From: a virus | Taxonomy: Duplodnaviria; Caudoviricetes | Strand: one strand, 5' to 3' | IMG/VR virus record: IMGVR_UViG_3300049174_000047 | Span: 7,731-71,730 of that record | Length of the DNA stretch: 64,000 nucleotides | Part shown: in pieces, positions 43,832 through 53,007 of the stretch | How the letters are laid out: the number at the start of each line of letters is the position of its first letter | Position numbering within the stretch: position 1 is the stretch's first letter | The notes under the pieces: generated by a model | The model's database searches: none | What the model saw: only the letters and a program-made list of their open reading frames with translations | What the model was told of the DNA's origin: nothing | Made by a program: the position numbers and the translations under genes

Positions 43832-44299
43832 ATGGAGTCACAGACGAGGATCGCGGGCTCAGGATTTACCACGATGCTCTTCCAGAACAAGAGGCTGGCC
43901 TATCTACAGGTCATCCAAGACACCGCTCCCACCGCGGTGGCACAGGCACAAGCGGTCCAACCGATAGACGAATCCGTGCCTCTGGAAATTGTTACGGCAA
44001 TGGCGGTCGGAGTCGGAAGTCTCCGCTGTACATTCTACGAATTGTGGAATTTCCCGGTATGGTCAACTCTGCCTGGTTTGCAGGGCACATTTAATTTGCT
44101 CGACGTGCTCAAAAGGCAGGTATCTTTGGGCACAATTACCATGCAGAAAATAATCAAATCACCGTCCGGGATAATGCGTGCCCGTGTTTATCACAACGTG
44201 GTGATCACCGACATGGACGAGGGCGAGAACGTCACCATCGGGTCGATGACCATCCCGCGTGCGCTGACCTTCCAGTACTGCTACACGACCCCGGTCTAA
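43832..44299 (+). CDS. Tail tube protein
   Basis: 155 aa directly after the sheath; I...I.SP.G..R..VYH..VI...D.GE pattern. Confidence 0.8.
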   Translation: MESQTRIAGSGFTTMLFQNKRLAYLQVIQDTAPTAVAQAQAVQPIDESVPLEIVTAMAVGVGSLRCTFYELWNFPVWSTLPGLQGTFNLLDVLKRQVSLGTITMQKIIKSPSGIMRARVYHNVVITDMDEGENVTIGSMTIPRALTFQYCYTTPV

Positions 44300-44436
44300 T
44301 GGACGACTCCATCGTGTGTCCGGGCTGCCACGACCGCTTCGTGCCGCAGCCCCCGCCGCACTACCTCGATGGCCCCGACGGGGCGGTTCTGTGCACCATG
44401 AAAGAGGAGCTACCAGCGCAAACGTCCTCGGTTTGA
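44299..44436 (+). CDS. 45-aa CxxC/H/C peptide
   Basis: TAATG coupling; MDDSIVCPGCHDRF...HYL...LC. Confidence 0.45.
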   Translation: MDDSIVCPGCHDRFVPQPPPHYLDGPDGAVLCTMKEELPAQTSSV

Positions 44437-44478
44437 GTTTCAGCCAGACGCATTTGCGCAAAGTTATAGGTTGGGCTC

Positions 44479-44515
44479 CCCTGTGCCCGTCCTCCTGCCC
44501 CGCCCGAATAGGTGA
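44479..44515 (+). promoter_or_regulatory. Putative phage late promoter
   Basis: CCTGTG-N20-GAATAGGTGA, directly followed by RBS GGAGG. Confidence 0.65.
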
Positions 44516-44525
44516 GGAGGTCTCC

Positions 44526-45173
44526 ATGGAAATCACACGCCAGGCCGACTACTACGGCCTACCGGCCCCCGAGCGGGGCCCGGCCCCACCGCCCGAGAAG
44601 GTCGCCGAGCAGCTGCGCCCACCCACCCCGTGGTCGGGGCCGATCAAGGTGGCCGCTCCCGAGCCATCGGGACCTGAGCCACCGGGACCACTCGGTCAAC
44701 CCAGCGGGCCGCTGCCGGGTCCTCCCTCTTATTCGGACGACGACGAGAACTTCCTGCGGTCGAACTTCGCGGGCCAGATGCACATGACTGCGCCTGGGGC
44801 GCAGGCGTTCGGCACCGGCACTCAGGAGGATTTCGACAAGTGGAAGGGCGAGCACCAGGACATCCTCAACGCGGGTGGCCCGAATGCCCCCGCCGACTGG
44901 GCGCAGAGCAACTACCTGGGCCAGACCGGCAAGCTGGCTCCGGGGATGCAGGGGGCTGGTGCGGCCACCGACGAGCAGTACAACGCCTGGAAAGCGCAGA
45001 ACGCCCAGTCGTTACTCAACAACCGCAACAACCCAGCTGGCGCAGGACTGCCGCCGTTGCCCGGACAGGCCGGTAATCAGCCTGCCGGGGCAGCACCTCC
45101 GCAGAACCTCCCCAAGCCACCCAAGCCACCTGGGGCGACCTCGTTGCCCAATCAGCCCCACGGTCCACGATGA
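44526..45173 (+). CDS. Pro/Gly-rich protein with MEITRQA leader and a duplicated ~45-aa module
   Basis: RBS GAGGAGG; F.RSNF.GQ...APG.Q..G..T.E.F..WK repeated as WAQSNYLGQ...APGMQ..G..TDEQY..WK. Confidence 0.75.
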   Translation: MEITRQADYYGLPAPERGPAPPPEKVAEQLRPPTPWSGPIKVAAPEPSGPEPPGPLGQPSGPLPGPPSYSDDDENFLRSNFAGQMHMTAPGAQAFGTGTQEDFDKWKGEHQDILNAGGPNAPADWAQSNYLGQTGKLAPGMQGAGAATDEQYNAWKAQNAQSLLNNRNNPAGAGLPPLPGQAGNQPAGAAPPQNLPKPPKPPGATSLPNQPHGPR

Positions 45174-45775
45174 CCACCCGACGCCACCTTCCCCCGCCCC
45201 AGCCCAATCCGGCCGGGCCCAATCCCTCCCTGATGGACGAGGGAACGCCTCCGCTCATGGCCCCCACTCCTCCTGGGCAGGAGCCTGAAGAGTGGGGGCC
45301 CCCGCCGGGGGCCGGGGAGGACCGTCACCTGGTGGGCGACCAGGGCCCGGCCGCCGCTCCGGTGGTCGAGCACGTCGAGCTGTCCCCCGAGGAGCAGATC
45401 ATGTTCGCCAGCCTGCTCACCTGCGGGCGGCGCTCCAAGACCATTCGGCTGTTCGACCACACCGTGGTGGTGCAGACGCTGTGCTGCGACGACGACCTGC
45501 GGGTGGGTCTGTATGCCAAGGACTTCGTCGGCTCCCTCGGCGAGCAGCGGGCCTACCAGGTGGCCGTGGCGGCAGCTGGTATCCGCACCATCGACGGCCG
45601 CCCGGTGGTGGAAGGTCTGTTCGAGCAGGTCGGGGACGACGCGCTGTTCGACCAGAAGGTGCTCAAGGTGGCGTCCATGTACCCCCATGTGGTCAACCGG
45701 ATCTACCGGGCCATCTTGGAGGCCGAACAGGAGTTCATCGAGTTGAGCACCAAGTTGGGAAAATTCGACGGCTAG
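45170..45775 (+). CDS. Tail assembly chaperone (G)
   Basis: Between tube and tape measure; ends at slippery G GGA AAA. Confidence 0.8.
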   Translation: MTTRRHLPPPQPNPAGPNPSLMDEGTPPLMAPTPPGQEPEEWGPPPGAGEDRHLVGDQGPAAAPVVEHVELSPEEQIMFASLLTCGRRSKTIRLFDHTVVVQTLCCDDDLRVGLYAKDFVGSLGEQRAYQVAVAAAGIRTIDGRPVVEGLFEQVGDDALFDQKVLKVASMYPHVVNRIYRAILEAEQEFIELSTKLGKFDG

Positions 45776-46164
45776 ACGATGCGGGCGAGCTTCAGGTTCG
45801 TCTAGCCCACGCGCAGGGAGTGCTGACTCGCCCCTCGCTGAACGTGATTCAGCACTGGGCGCTGCAGTACTGGTTCTTCATGTCCCGGCGCATCCAGATC
45901 GAGGACGCCGACAAGGAGTTGGAGGCCTTCTGCTCGGTGATGTGGCCCGAGCGCTGGCAGCAGCTCTACGCCAGCCCGGTGGCCGCCGAGGGCGACCACG
46001 GCCAGGCCTTCGGCGGGCAGCCCGAGATCCCGGTCACCGACCCGCGGGACCTGGACGCCTGGTTCGAGGGGCTGGCCAACGAGCGCGGTATGACCGGGGC
46101 CGAGGTCGAGGCCTCCTTCAGCAACATTCTGGGCTGGGCCGAAGGTGAGGGGGTGAAGGTATGA
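45170..46164 (+). CDS. Tail assembly chaperone GT (-1 programmed frameshift product, about 331 aa)
   Basis: X XXY YYZ heptamer G GGA AAA at 45757-45763 in the correct phase; the -1 frame stays open to 46164 with no good start of its own. Confidence 0.85.
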
Positions 46165-48404
46165 CCGCTCCTCCCGGTGGCGGTGGCGGCTCGGGCATGG
46201 ACTACGGCTCCGACTACGTCGCCGCACGGCTGTCCATCGACATCCCCGAGGGCACCGCCGCGGGCCTGCGCGAGATCACCCAGGAGGTGGACAAGTTCCG
46301 CACCGCCATGGAGTTGGCCGTGCACGCCGAGTCCGATGTCACCCGCTACCTCAACGACATGGCGACGGCCTCCCAGCACGCCGCTCAGGCCCAGACCCAG
46401 CTCATCGAGAACCTGCAGAACTTCCTGTCGCTGGCCGGGCGGGCCTCGGCGATGCCCGGCGGGCTCGGTGGTGTCCCCGGCGGCACCTTCCAGCAGCCCT
46501 TCCCCGGCACCGGGCCCGGCACCGGCCAGGTGCCCGGTGCCTACGGTCAGAGCCAGCGCCCGCCGTCGCCGACCGACATCGCCAACCAGATGAGCCGGAT
46601 GCCCGGTGCCAGCCCGGCCGAGTACCTCAACATGCAGCAGCAGCGCGGTGCGCTCACCGCCCAGGACACCCTCACCCTGAGCAAGGAGACCATCCGCGAC
46701 CTGGCCATCGCCCTGGCCGCCCGCGAGAAGGCGATGAAGGAACAGGGCGACAAGACCGACCAGAACGAGAACATCCACACGCCCCTGCAGGGTGGGCCCG
46801 GCACCGAGAGCGCCGCCCAGCGTGTGCAGCGTGGCATGGGCATCGCCGAGCAGGTGATGAACGAGATGGGTCCGGGCGGCTCCACCAGGGGACGGTTGGG
46901 CCTGGGCGTGCGGGGAATCCAATGGGCCGCCAAGCGCTTCGGCGGCGGTGGTGGACGCTCAGCTGGCTCCCCCGGCCCGCACCCGGTGTCCTCCACCGAG
47001 GACTCGGCCGAAGAGGCCGCGAGCGACCCTACGGGCGGCGAGCGGCCCTCTGGCAAGGCCCGTCAGACCCAGGAGGGCGGCGACGAAGAGGATGCCCCGC
47101 CCGAACAGAAGGGGATGATCGGCCAGGCGCTGGCCATGTTCAAGAAGCTGCCGGTCATCGGCCAGATCGCCAGTGTCGCACTGGCCGGGTACGGGGCCTT
47201 CGAGGCTGGCGGCAAGATGGTCCAGGGCGCTCGCAACATCGGCTCGATCCGCGGCGGTGGCGGCGGCGAGGGTGCCCAGGTCATGTACAAGGCCCAGATG
47301 CTGGCGATGAATCCGTTCATCACCCAGGACCAGGCCCGTCAGATCTACCAGTCGGTGATGAGCGAGGGGTACGCGGACGCCAGCGGCTCCGGTGCCGACA
47401 ACGTCATCGACTTCATGAAGCACAACTTGACCTCGATGAACATCTCGGTGGCCGAGTCCACCAAGATGCTGCGCTCGACCATTGTGGGCAACGCCAAGGG
47501 CGACCCCGACTCGGTGGCCGGGGCGGTCAAGATGCTGCAGGAGGAGATGGACCAGATCCGCACGCTCTCCCGCGGCGGGGTGATGAGCCAGCCCGACTAC
47601 CGCCAGCATGTGGAGCACCTGCAGGATCAGCTGATTCGCCAGGGCGTCAGCCCGCAGGCCGCCGCCCGCCAGGCGATGGAGGCCACCCAGGTGGGCTCGG
47701 AGCGCCAGGATGTCAAGGGTCAGTTCGAGGAGATGACCTCGGAGACCACCGGCTCGATGAGCGGGTCCATGGGCCTGGTGATGTTCGGCGGGGCCAACGT
47801 CCCGGCCGGGCTGGACCCCGAGGGCTGGGGCGAGTACCTGGGCGAGCACGACGAGGGCGGCGCGGCCACCGAGAACATGCTCAAGAACATCGCCAGCCGG
47901 ATGTACAACATGTACCAGGCCCACGACCCCAACAACGAGCGCGGCTACATCAATGCCGTGGTGAATTTCCAGCGCTGGGTACGGCTCTATATGCCCGACA
48001 GCGAGATCGCCAAGAATCGCAGCGCGGCCAAGTCCTGGTACAACAACTACACCGGCCAGGGTGACAAGATCAGCGGCGTCGGCCAGGCCCGCCAGGCCAT
48101 CCAGTCCCAGCAGCCCGCCGGGCTGCCCTCTAGTGGCGGCCAGCAGGCCCCCGGTGGGTCCAATGTGATCGAGGTGGGGCAGCCGCCGACGCAGCAGGTC
48201 CCGGCCGCCAACACAGGCGACAGCTCTGCCCCGCAGCCTCCTCAGATCGGCACCACCAACGTCCAGATCAGCCTCACTCCCGACGCCGCCCGGCTGCTGG
48301 AAGTGCTGGGCCCCAAGGCCGCCACGGTCTCCACCAACAAGCAGGGCGCTAACCGCGGCATGAACGGCTACGCCCCCAACGCCACCCACGTAGGACCGAC
48401 CTGA
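46161..48404 (+). CDS. Tape measure protein
   Basis: Follows the frameshifted chaperones; Ala/Gly/Gln-rich helical 747 aa. Confidence 0.75.
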   Translation: MTAPPGGGGGSGMDYGSDYVAARLSIDIPEGTAAGLREITQEVDKFRTAMELAVHAESDVTRYLNDMATASQHAAQAQTQLIENLQNFLSLAGRASAMPGGLGGVPGGTFQQPFPGTGPGTGQVPGAYGQSQRPPSPTDIANQMSRMPGASPAEYLNMQQQRGALTAQDTLTLSKETIRDLAIALAAREKAMKEQGDKTDQNENIHTPLQGGPGTESAAQRVQRGMGIAEQVMNEMGPGGSTRGRLGLGVRGIQWAAKRFGGGGGRSAGSPGPHPVSSTEDSAEEAASDPTGGERPSGKARQTQEGGDEEDAPPEQKGMIGQALAMFKKLPVIGQIASVALAGYGAFEAGGKMVQGARNIGSIRGGGGGEGAQVMYKAQMLAMNPFITQDQARQIYQSVMSEGYADASGSGADNVIDFMKHNLTSMNISVAESTKMLRSTIVGNAKGDPDSVAGAVKMLQEEMDQIRTLSRGGVMSQPDYRQHVEHLQDQLIRQGVSPQAAARQAMEATQVGSERQDVKGQFEEMTSETTGSMSGSMGLVMFGGANVPAGLDPEGWGEYLGEHDEGGAATENMLKNIASRMYNMYQAHDPNNERGYINAVVNFQRWVRLYMPDSEIAKNRSAAKSWYNNYTGQGDKISGVGQARQAIQSQQPAGLPSSGGQQAPGGSNVIEVGQPPTQQVPAANTGDSSAPQPPQIGTTNVQISLTPDAARLLEVLGPKAATVSTNKQGANRGMNGYAPNATHVGPT

Positions 48405-49192
48405 TGACCACGTCACTGCTGGTACCCCCGTCCCAGGTGATGAGCGCCGGGGCCCCCACCGGGGGCACCGACTCCAACGCCCCGCTGCCTCCGGGCCCGC
48501 CGGGCATCGTGCGCGGGCTGTGCTCGTTGAGCTGGGGAGGGCGCACCTTCTCGTTTCGCACCAACCCCAATGAGATCTGGTGGTCCTACGAGCTGATCCG
48601 CAAGGTGGAGGACACCTACGGCGGCCGGGTGATCCAGCTGCTGGGCACCAAGATGGGCGACCTGCGGGTCAAGGTGGAGATCGGCCACGGCGGCTGGTCC
48701 TACCTCATGCAGGTGGTGCTGATGCTGCGCGACCTGCTCTCCGATCAGCGCAACGGCCAGACCGCGGACTTCCGTTACACCACCCGCAACTGGCACCTCA
48801 AGGTCTATGCGATGACCGTCCCGTTCGAGGACCGGGTGGAGGCCACCACCCGCGAGATCGAGCTGAGCTTTCGGATTCAGGAGGACGTGACCGGGGTGCT
48901 GTCCCGAGTCACCCTGGACGCCGAGCTGCTACGGCTGCAGGACGGTGTCTACGGTGCAGGCCGCCCGCCGCACAACCAGTACAACGACTACAACGCCCTG
49001 ATGGCCAACCAGCTGCTGAAGGGCGGGCCCAACAGCGACCCGGTGGTTCCCGGCGGTCCCAACTACGACCCCAGCGGCATCACCAACACCGTCGATGTCA
49101 ACCCGCTCGGGTCCAACCCGCAGGGCATCAACCCGCTGTCGAACTTCCCGTTCCTGTCCTCTATTCCGGGTCTGAGCGCATTGGGGTTGTGA
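48404..49192 (+). CDS. Baseplate/tube-initiator-like protein
   Basis: F.FRTNPN.I.W.Y......DTYGG.VIQLLG; post-TMP synteny. Confidence 0.6.
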   Translation: MTTSLLVPPSQVMSAGAPTGGTDSNAPLPPGPPGIVRGLCSLSWGGRTFSFRTNPNEIWWSYELIRKVEDTYGGRVIQLLGTKMGDLRVKVEIGHGGWSYLMQVVLMLRDLLSDQRNGQTADFRYTTRNWHLKVYAMTVPFEDRVEATTREIELSFRIQEDVTGVLSRVTLDAELLRLQDGVYGAGRPPHNQYNDYNALMANQLLKGGPNSDPVVPGGPNYDPSGITNTVDVNPLGSNPQGINPLSNFPFLSSIPGLSALGL

Positions 49193-49193
49193 G

Positions 49194-49367
49194 ATGGCTG
49201 ATTACGTGACCAACGGCGAGATCTCCCAGGCCATCTACCTGGCCGATCTCAAGGCCGACGTGGACCTGGGTGGCCCGATGTTCTCCTACATGTGGGGCAT
49301 GTTCTACCTGCCCAACGCCCAGGAGCTGCCGATCCGGCTGCCCCCGCCCTTCCAGGGCTCGCCGTGA
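49194..49367 (+). CDS. 57-aa hypothetical protein
   Basis: MADYVTNGEISQAIYLADL...PPFQGSP; fills the gap between coupled genes; not in the ORF track. Confidence 0.55.
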   Translation: MADYVTNGEISQAIYLADLKADVDLGGPMFSYMWGMFYLPNAQELPIRLPPPFQGSP

Positions 49368-49987
49368 GCAAGATGAGTCTGGCCTCGCGTTCGCAGCGCT
49401 GGGAGCTGAACGTGGTGAGCTTCACCTCGTCGCTGTATGGGCAGATGGGCGGCACTCAGACACGGGAGATCGCCGTCTGGTTCCCGACCAAACTGCTGCA
49501 GCCCGACATCCAGTTCGACGTGGTGTTCCGCAACGAGCGCGACTATGAGGACTTCCAGAAGTTCATCCGGCTGCATCAGCAGCAGGCCTCGGCGTCCTCG
49601 CAGCTGCTCAACATCAACTGGCCGCAGCGCAACATGGTCAACTGGACCGGCTTCATCCGGCGGTTCGAGGCCGGTGGCATGCGCTGGAACATCGCGCCGA
49701 AGGCCAGCTTCGTCATGGAACTGGTCGATTCCTTCGCCAGCTCGCGCACCTACCAGGGCTCGGTGTCGGCCAACTGGACCACCATCTTCGACCTGGGCAC
49801 CGTCGGCTCCGTGATGGCCCCGGCCGTGGGACAAGAGGCCCAGTATCTACTCAGTGCCTTCATGCCGGGGCAGTCCCAGGCGGTGGTCACCACCGGCAGC
49901 ACCCAGCCTCCGACGAACCAGGCTCCGGTCATTCCTCAACTGCCGGTCTCCAACATCCTGCCGGGCAGCGGGGTCACCATCCGATGA
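49364..49987 (+). CDS. Baseplate-region protein
   Basis: GTGA overlap; GC3 bias. Confidence 0.65.
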   Translation: MSKMSLASRSQRWELNVVSFTSSLYGQMGGTQTREIAVWFPTKLLQPDIQFDVVFRNERDYEDFQKFIRLHQQQASASSQLLNINWPQRNMVNWTGFIRRFEAGGMRWNIAPKASFVMELVDSFASSRTYQGSVSANWTTIFDLGTVGSVMAPAVGQEAQYLLSAFMPGQSQAVVTTGSTQPPTNQAPVIPQLPVSNILPGSGVTIR

Positions 49988-52900
49988 CCAACCCCGGCCC
50001 CACCAACCAGACCCCGATCACCGGCAACGCGGCCCAGGCGGGGCCCAACCAGACCGCGACCGGCATGGTGCTCAACGCCATCTACGACGCGGCCCGCGCC
50101 GCCACCACCGCGATGGGCATCAACAACCGCCAGATTGTCCCGCCGCACGGCGTGATCAACACCGGGCTGGTCAACCCACCTCCGCTCAAGACTTTCGTCT
50201 ACAGCCCCGAGGTCCGGGTGGTGATCGCCGCCCGTGCCGGGGTGGAGTGGGATGTCTCTGCAGATCTGGTGCGCTGCACGCTGATTCGCCCGGAGAACTC
50301 CGCGGCCACCTTCAGCTTCACCCTGCAGAACAAGCACCTGCGCTACACCCCGCCCTTCCCGCAGGTCCCTCCGTTCGCCCGGATGGACCGGATCGTGGTC
50401 TACATGAAGAGGATCAACTGGCTGCAGGTGTTCTCGGGCTACCTGGACTCCATCCCCTACATCCAGCTCTATCCCGGCGAGGTGACCTTCACGGCCACCT
50501 GCACGCTCAAACGCCTTATGCACCAATGGTTTAACCCGGCCATGCCCGACTCCGTAGCCCTGCTCGACCAGTTCGGCGCTCCCGGTGGTCTCCTGCAGGG
50601 CGACGGCCAGCTGGGCACCGACACCGGCCTGGGCTCGATCATCAAGCGGCTGCTGGTGAAGGTCGGCGGGTGGGCCGAGAGGGACGTGCACATCCAGAAC
50701 TTTCCGATGGTGTTCTACAACATGATCAAGGACGAGATCACTCGCCAGGAGTCGATCAACAACCCCGCGGTGCAGCAGGTCGAGCAGCTGCTGCTGGGCG
50801 GGGACACCAGTCCCGGCCCCGGAGCCTATGCCGGGACCAGTCCCGATGCCGGAACGCCGGGGCCCACCGCCGGGGCCCCCGGCGCGGCGGGGTGGGCCAC
50901 CTCGGCCGGTGCTGACGCGGGCACCGCGTTCTACGTCAGCCAGATCGTGTCGGCTTGCGACAACCGCGGCATGGGCCCACAGGTCACCGACAATAACCTG
51001 GGCGCGGCGCTGAACCAGGCCGGGCAGGACGGTGCGTCGGGATCGGCGGGCTCCTTCGGCACCAGCAATGACACCAAGGCCTGGCAGCAGGTGCAACAGC
51101 TGGGCTCCGACATCCAGCAGAACAACCGCAACTCCGACGGGGCCATCCTGGGCGTGGCCTGCGCCCTGGTGGAGACCGGCGGCGGCACCGCCATCCGTAA
51201 TCTCTACAACCCCTCGGTGCCGGGTAGCGAGACCTTCCCCAACGACGGGGCGGGCACCAACGGCAGCTCCTGCGGCATCTTCCAGCAGCAGAACTACGCC
51301 GAGTGGGGCACGGTGGCCCAGCGGATGAACCCGCTGCAAGCCAGCTCGATGTTCTTCGCCCACCTCAACGCGGTCCAGGGCTGGCGACAGATGGACGCGG
51401 GCCAGGCCATCCAGCAGGTGCAGCGTTCCGGGGACGCCAGCGGTGCCATCTACGACGCGGCCATGGAGCAGGCCACCAAGCTGGTGCAGGCCTTCCGCAC
51501 CAACGCCAATGCGGCCAGCCCGGCCGCGGCGGTCACCAACGGCAGCAGCGTGGCCGGGGCGACCACGACCGTCCCGGCCGCGGCCCCCAGCGCGAACGGT
51601 TCGGTGCCCGCTGCCAACGGGGCGACTCCCACAGGCTCGGGCCCGGTCCCGGCGATGCCGGTGGACCCCCAGCCCAACAGCGAGGGCGCGATCAACTTCG
51701 TCCTGCAGCAGGGAATGGGCAAGCCCTATGCGGCCAGTACCAGAGGGCCCGCGACCTACGACACCGCCGGGCTGGTCAGTGCGGCCTTCCAGGCCGTCGG
51801 GGTCTACGTGCCCACCACCACCTCTGCCATCCGTGATGCAGTGCCTCCGGTCCCCCAGGAGGGCGTGCAGCGCGGTGACATTATCGCGGTGGAGAGCGAC
51901 CAGGTGGGCATCTGGATGGGTGACGGGCAGATCCTCGAAGCCAGCGACCCGACCGGGGTGATTCTTGCCCCGGTCACCAAGCCGCAGGGCTCCTGGGCCT
52001 TCGCCGGGCGGGCCTGTCAGAACGGCGGTCCCAACCCCGCGGCTCCTTATAACCCGCCCTGGACGATGGGTCCGGGCGTACCTCCCAGCGCCCTGCAGCA
52101 GCAGGGCGGCACGGTGGGCACCGGGTCGAACGGGGCCAGCGAGCCGGTGGCCCGCAACCTGTTCTCCTACATGTTCAAGGGCGCGGCGATGTACACCGAA
52201 CTCGCCAAGAAGTGGCCCTCGGACAAGGTGTTCATCGACGGCCAGCCGCTGCTGCAGATGGTCTCGGCGGTCTGCACCGCCAGTCTGCGCTGCTTCTCCT
52301 CGGCACCGGACGGGTCGTTTATGGCCTGGTACCCGGACTATTTCGGGGTCGATGGCAAGCCAGCGGTGCTGACCTTGGCCGACATCGAACTCATCGACGT
52401 GCACATCGACTTCTCCGACGACCCGTTGACCACCCATGTCTACGTGAGCGGCGACTGGTCGATGGGCGGGGCCAACGCCCAGTACATCGGCTGGATGGAT
52501 ACCGCCGGGGTGGCCGGGGTGGAGTGGCCCTGGCTGTACTACCGGCTGACCGCCTTCGCCCCGAGCGACCTGGACTCCATCGCCCCCAAGGAGATCATGC
52601 AGCGCTTCGGGGTGCGCCCGCTGCAGCACATCGCGGCGATGGCCGGGAGCCACCAGTTGGAGTTCCTGATGGCGTGCCAGTTGTTCATGCAGAAGTGGGC
52701 TGAGCAGTACCAGACCTCAGTGTCGATGACCTTCATGCCCGAGCTGTTCCCCGGCATGCGGGTGCGGCTGGGCAATCACCAGCTCGATGTCTACGTCAGC
52801 CAGGTCACCCACGTCTGTGACTACACGCAGGGATTCCAGACCACCGCGGTGATCATGGCCCCGGCCAGTCCGTTCGCCAAGCAGCTGATGATGTCGGTCA

Positions 52901-53007
52901 ACTACGCCACCACCGACACCGACGCCAGTGGGCTGGCTTCTTGGTACCGCGCCTTCACCGAGACCGGCCCGTTGCCCCTTGCATCAGTACCGGGGCTGGG
53001 ACCGTGA
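49984..53007 (+). CDS. Baseplate hub/tail-associated lysin with lysozyme-like and NlpC/P60-like domains
   Basis: Hub-like N- and C-termini (PELFPGMRV.L....VYV.QVTH); ALVET...S.GIFQQQ...WGT...RMNP muramidase-like insert; GKPY....GP..YDTAGLV...GD....QVGIW.GDG..LEA. Confidence 0.75.
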   Translation: MTNPGPTNQTPITGNAAQAGPNQTATGMVLNAIYDAARAATTAMGINNRQIVPPHGVINTGLVNPPPLKTFVYSPEVRVVIAARAGVEWDVSADLVRCTLIRPENSAATFSFTLQNKHLRYTPPFPQVPPFARMDRIVVYMKRINWLQVFSGYLDSIPYIQLYPGEVTFTATCTLKRLMHQWFNPAMPDSVALLDQFGAPGGLLQGDGQLGTDTGLGSIIKRLLVKVGGWAERDVHIQNFPMVFYNMIKDEITRQESINNPAVQQVEQLLLGGDTSPGPGAYAGTSPDAGTPGPTAGAPGAAGWATSAGADAGTAFYVSQIVSACDNRGMGPQVTDNNLGAALNQAGQDGASGSAGSFGTSNDTKAWQQVQQLGSDIQQNNRNSDGAILGVACALVETGGGTAIRNLYNPSVPGSETFPNDGAGTNGSSCGIFQQQNYAEWGTVAQRMNPLQASSMFFAHLNAVQGWRQMDAGQAIQQVQRSGDASGAIYDAAMEQATKLVQAFRTNANAASPAAAVTNGSSVAGATTTVPAAAPSANGSVPAANGATPTGSGPVPAMPVDPQPNSEGAINFVLQQGMGKPYAASTRGPATYDTAGLVSAAFQAVGVYVPTTTSAIRDAVPPVPQEGVQRGDIIAVESDQVGIWMGDGQILEASDPTGVILAPVTKPQGSWAFAGRACQNGGPNPAAPYNPPWTMGPGVPPSALQQQGGTVGTGSNGASEPVARNLFSYMFKGAAMYTELAKKWPSDKVFIDGQPLLQMVSAVCTASLRCFSSAPDGSFMAWYPDYFGVDGKPAVLTLADIELIDVHIDFSDDPLTTHVYVSGDWSMGGANAQYIGWMDTAGVAGVEWPWLYYRLTAFAPSDLDSIAPKEIMQRFGVRPLQHIAAMAGSHQLEFLMACQLFMQKWAEQYQTSVSMTFMPELFPGMRVRLGNHQLDVYVSQVTHVCDYTQGFQTTAVIMAPASPFAKQLMMSVNYATTDTDASGLASWYRAFTETGPLPLASVPGLGP

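Noticed and set aside
44316-44525. Longer start for CDS 44526
   Set aside because: Overlaps a small ORF and the promoter; the RBS GAGGAGG supports ATG 44526
45292-46164. 290-aa stand-alone gene
   Set aside because: Its first ~155 codons are off-frame nonsense overlapping the chaperone; only the part after the slippery site is protein-like
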